DNA of 32,000 nt from contig NC_003551.1 in assembly GCF_000007185.1 (NCBI RefSeq), positions 510,001 to 542,000 of the forward strand. Reading direction: 5' to 3'. Position 1 is the first letter of the stretch. Each line of letters starts with the position of its first letter. Positions 28,628-32,000 of the stretch are shown here, in pieces. The notes under the pieces were generated by a model. That model was not told the origin of the DNA, ran no database searches, and saw nothing but the letters and a program-made list of their open reading frames with translations. This stretch comes from Methanopyrus kandleri AV19. GTDB taxonomy: Archaea > JAADCQ01 > Methanopyri > Methanopyrales > Methanopyraceae. The position numbers and the translations under genes are program-made.

Positions 28628-29851
28628 TTGGCCGTCCAGATCGCTCAGCTCTCGTGTGGCACGGAGTATAGCGGTGTCCAACCCGAGATAGAGCGTGCGG
28701 CCGAACGAGTCGGGGCCGAGATCGTACTCCCCGAGGTAGACATCGATATTGTAGAGGAAGCCTGCGAGGAGGTCGGGTACACTCCGAAGAGTGCGAACCT
28801 GAAAGTCCTTCTCGCCCGCGCTTACGCGCTGGCCAACGGATACGCGGAGGCCGACGCCGCGATCATCCTGACGTGCTTCAGGTGCGCCGAGGGAGCTCTC
28901 GTGCGTAGCGAGGCCCGACGGTACCTTCAGGAGAACACGGATCTCCCAGTCGTCACCTACTCGTTCACTGAGGACCTCGACGCCAGCGAGTTACTCACGC
29001 GGATGGAGGCACTAGTCACGATAGTGGAGCGGAAGGGGCTACTGGCCCGGAAGAGGCAGGAGGGACTCACCCTCGGTATCGACTCCGGTTCCACCACCAC
29101 GAAGGCCGTGGTGATGGAGGACGACGAGGTGATCGGAACCGGATGGGTACGGACCACGAAGGTGGTCGAATCCGCGGAAAAGGCCGTAGAAAGAGCGTTA
29201 GAAGAGGCCGGGTACGAGCTCGACGACATCGAGGCGATAGGCGTGACCGGGTACGGTAGGTACACCCTCGGCCGCCACTTCGACGCTGACCTGGTGCAAG
29301 AGGAGCTCACGGTTAACTCCAAGGGAACGGTGTACCTGGGTGACAAGCAGGAGGGCGGCGCGACCGTGATCGACGTCGGCGGGATGGACAACAAGGCGAT
29401 CACCGTTTGGGACGGGATTCCGGATAACTTCACGATGGGCGGCGTGTGCGCGGGAGCGTCGGGTCGCTTCCTCGAGGTGGCCGCGGACCGTATCGGCGTG
29501 GACCTGGACAAGTTCGGTAAGCTCGCGCTAGAGGGAGATCCCGAAGCCGTGCGTCTGGACAGTTACTGCATCGTGTTCGGGATCCAGGACCTGGTGACCG
29601 CGTTGGCTGAGGGTGCGGATCCCGAGGACGCCGCCGCTGCCGCATGTCGGAGCGTCGCCGAACAGATCTACGAGCAGCAGCTCCAAGAGATCGACATCCG
29701 AGAGCCGGTGTTCTTCGTGGGAGGAACCTCGCTGGTCGACGGCATGGTGAAGGCCTTAGAGGACGTGATCGGCGTCGAAGTAGTCGTGCCCGAATATCCC
29801 CAGTACATCGGGGCCGTCGGTGCCGCCCTCCTGGCCTCCAACTACGTGTGA
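28628..29851 (+). CDS. methanogenesis marker protein 15 (BadF/BadG/BcrA-type ATPase)
   Basis: [14 protein letters not shown] phosphate 1 motif, [24 protein letters not shown] and FVGGTSLV; N-terminal extension [15 protein letters not shown]. Confidence 0.9.
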   Translation: MAVQIAQLSCGTEYSGVQPEIERAAERVGAEIVLPEVDIDIVEEACEEVGYTPKSANLKVLLARAYALANGYAEADAAIILTCFRCAEGALVRSEARRYLQENTDLPVVTYSFTEDLDASELLTRMEALVTIVERKGLLARKRQEGLTLGIDSGSTTTKAVVMEDDEVIGTGWVRTTKVVESAEKAVERALEEAGYELDDIEAIGVTGYGRYTLGRHFDADLVQEELTVNSKGTVYLGDKQEGGATVIDVGGMDNKAITVWDGIPDNFTMGGVCAGASGRFLEVAADRIGVDLDKFGKLALEGDPEAVRLDSYCIVFGIQDLVTALAEGADPEDAAAAACRSVAEQIYEQQLQEIDIREPVFFVGGTSLVDGMVKALEDVIGVEVVVPEYPQYIGAVGAALLASNYV

Positions 29852-29863
29852 GGGGATCCGACG

Positions 29864-30490
29864 GTGTACGAGCACAGGGGAAAGAGGATCCTCGTAAGAG
29901 CGTCCGAAAAGGAGGCGGCCGAGCTGTACTACGACATCACTAGGCACGCGGCCACGGACCTGGGACTGGCGAGAACGATCACCGCGGCCGTGTTCCACCT
30001 AGACATCGAGGCCCCGCTCTACGCCGCCGCGGTGCGAACGCGTCCCATGCTCAGGCCGGTGACGCTGGGGAAGGTCTCGCACCTCGAGCTCGACGATGAG
30101 GAGGGTACTCTCAAGGTATCGGTCGCCGTGGAGCGCTACTTCCCCGATGTGATCCGAACGTTACAGAGTGTATTCGGAGAGGATCGCGTCCGGCACGAAG
30201 AGCGCCTCGAGATTACGATCGAGCCACCCGAGGGGATGAGTCCCGAACATCTCGAGAAACTCGAAGAGCTCGTCGTCCACGATCCTCGGAAGAAGCTCGC
30301 CCACAGGGTGTACGATTTCATCGAGCGGGTACGGCCAGAGGGGTTCCGAGTGGCCCGATACGCGCGCTTCGATCAGGACTTCCTATACCTGGCCAGCGAA
30401 GGCACGCTCGAGGACGAGTGGACCGACTTACTCTTCGAGCTGCCGGGAGAGCTAGATCGTGTCGGAGAGCGCCGGGGGCCGAGTGAGTGA
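29864..30490 (+). CDS. methanogenesis marker protein 17
   Basis: ITRHAATDLGL and VERYFPDVIRTLQSVFG recognised from the family; located between marker 15 and the radical SAM gene. Confidence 0.8.
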   Translation: MYEHRGKRILVRASEKEAAELYYDITRHAATDLGLARTITAAVFHLDIEAPLYAAAVRTRPMLRPVTLGKVSHLELDDEEGTLKVSVAVERYFPDVIRTLQSVFGEDRVRHEERLEITIEPPEGMSPEHLEKLEELVVHDPRKKLAHRVYDFIERVRPEGFRVARYARFDQDFLYLASEGTLEDEWTDLLFELPGELDRVGERRGPSE

Positions 30491-31335
30491 GAGGACCGTG
30501 TCCGAACGATCACCCGTGTTACGTCGGGGAGCACGGGAAATTCGTGAAGGTGCACCTACCCGTGGGCGGACGGTGTAACATCCACTGCCGTTTCTGCGAA
30601 TCCGGACTCGAGCACGAGGGAGTACGGGTGGATTATCCCGGACGTGCCGTCCGCACGATCACCGGAGACGAGGCTAGGACGGCCCTCAAAAGGGTAAAAG
30701 AGCACTGCGGACGCGTCGACGTCGTCGGAATCGCCGGACCCGGCGACCCACTGGCGAACTGGGAGGACGTGAAGGAGACCTTCGACGTCGTCGCCGAAAC
30801 GGTACCGGAGGCGAAACGCTGCCTGTCCACCAACGGCGTGTGGTTACCCGATTTGATCGACGAGGTGACGGAGCTCGTGCACTCGGTGACGATCACCGTC
30901 AACGCGCTGGACCCCGAGATCGCGGCCGATATCTACGATCGAGCACTGACACCCGAAGGCGAGGTGTTGACCGGGAAGGAGGCCGCCCGATGGATCGTCG
31001 AGAGGCAGGAAGGGGCCATGGACGCGCTGAAGAAGGAGCGCTACATACTCAAGAAGGTCAACTTCGTGCTCGTCCCCGGTGTGAACGAAGACGAGGTCGA
31101 ACGCGTCGCGGAGCGCGCCGCCGACGCAGGGTTTCACGCCATGAACGTGATCCCCCTCATCCCGGGCGGCGACATGAAGGACCACCGACCGCCGACGTGC
31201 CGGGAGCTCTCGAGGGCGCGGGACCGGGCTGAGAAGTACATCACCGTGATGCGCCGATGCATGCAGTGTCGCGCCGACGTGATCCACTGCCGCGGCAGAC
31301 CCCGGCTGATCTGGGAGCTGCTAGAAGAGGACTGA
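30487..31335 (+). CDS. NifB-like radical SAM protein
   Basis: HPCY, HLPVGGRCNIHCRFC (Cx3Cx2C), VVGIAGPGDPLANWE, CLSTNGVWLP, VTITVNALDPEIAADIY and CMQCRAD all match NifB. Confidence 0.9.
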   Translation: MRGPCPNDHPCYVGEHGKFVKVHLPVGGRCNIHCRFCESGLEHEGVRVDYPGRAVRTITGDEARTALKRVKEHCGRVDVVGIAGPGDPLANWEDVKETFDVVAETVPEAKRCLSTNGVWLPDLIDEVTELVHSVTITVNALDPEIAADIYDRALTPEGEVLTGKEAARWIVERQEGAMDALKKERYILKKVNFVLVPGVNEDEVERVAERAADAGFHAMNVIPLIPGGDMKDHRPPTCRELSRARDRAEKYITVMRRCMQCRADVIHCRGRPRLIWELLEED

Positions 31336-31354
31336 CCCCCTGGGGGTCGCGAGC

Positions 31355-32000
31355 GTGTTCGAAACCGTGATCTACGAAGGGGGCGTGTACAAGGCCGACG
31401 AGATGCGCGACCTGGTCGAGGACCTCGGCGGGTTCGTCCTGTCCGAGCACCAGATGCAGCTGGAGGTCCACATGGTTCTAGCCGTACCCGTCGACGACCT
31501 GGACGTCATAGAGCGGAAAGCGGAGGAGCTCCTCGGAGAGATAAGGAGGATGCCGCTGGCCGGTACCGAGATCGCGGTCGTGGGGATGAGCCTGGCCCGT
31601 CATCACATGCCACATCCCGTGTGTGACATCGCCGAGTACCTCAGGCGTCACGGCGCCAAGTCCAACGTGATCGGCTTGGCCAGAGGTTACGGACGCGAGC
31701 TGGCCCAGCTGCGCACCCGGGAGAAACGTCTCCTTGAAGAACACGACCTGGTGATCTTCGTCGTAGGGAACTTCAAAGATTGCATCGAGAAGTACAAGCT
31801 GCCGCTGGTCCGACGGATAGAACGCGTGCCGGTCGTCGTGGTGGGAGGTCCGGAGGAGATCGACGCCGACGACGTGGTGTACGTGGGAGGAATAGGTAGA
31901 AAGCCGTACCGGTTCAGGAAGGGTCGCGAGATCACGAAGCTCGACGAGATCGTCGACGTCGTCTCGAAGATCATCGAGGAGCGACGACAGGAGCTGGCTG
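31355..32000 (+). CDS. methanogenesis marker protein 7, 3'-truncated by the window end
   Basis: Own translation: GTG start MFETVIYEGGVYKADEMRDLVEDLGGFVLSEHQMQLEVHMVL...VGMSLARHHMPHPVCDIAEYLRRHGAKSNVIGLARGYGRELAQL..., open to 32000. Missing from the ORF track because it has no stop in the window. Confidence 0.85.
   Translation, partial: MFETVIYEGGVYKADEMRDLVEDLGGFVLSEHQMQLEVHMVLAVPVDDLDVIERKAEELLGEIRRMPLAGTEIAVVGMSLARHHMPHPVCDIAEYLRRHGAKSNVIGLARGYGRELAQLRTREKRLLEEHDLVIFVVGNFKDCIEKYKLPLVRRIERVPVVVVGGPEEIDADDVVYVGGIGRKPYRFRKGREITKLDEIVDVVSKIIEERRQELA

Overview
This window is an ordinary, densely coded archaeal methanogen chromosome segment. High GC, methanogenesis-marker genes, HdrBC and an encoded C8 in the tRNA all suggest Methanopyrus kandleri or a close relative (inference; no database was searched). 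It carries a complete 16S rRNA gene (minus strand, with a long processing stem and a GC-only leader hairpin), a solitary 5S rRNA gene, and one tRNA-Arg(GCG) with C at position 8. Protein genes include TatD, archaemetzincin, RimI, a GltB-like protein, GuaA glutaminase subunit, an Na+/H+ antiporter, MoaB/MoaC, a free-standing LAGLIDADG protein beside the 16S promoter, a KaiC-like protein with a broken P-loop, beta-RFAP synthase, Nop5/fibrillarin, PiT/DUF47, PyrD/PyrK, a glycosyltransferase, FEN1, a DgcA-like/DgcN-like pair, HdrB/HdrC and RibL. The right end holds a tightly packed cluster: Mmp5, Mmp15, Mmp17, a NifB-like radical SAM protein and Mmp7, the last truncated by the window end and absent from the supplied ORF track. 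The most interesting leads are (1) the NifB-like gene embedded among MCR-activation genes, (2) the DgcA/DgcN-like pair in a methanogen, (3) candidate tandem C/D-box guide RNAs directly downstream of nop5-fibrillarin, and (4) a recurrent AT[TC]GTTAT motif just downstream of all three stable RNA genes.
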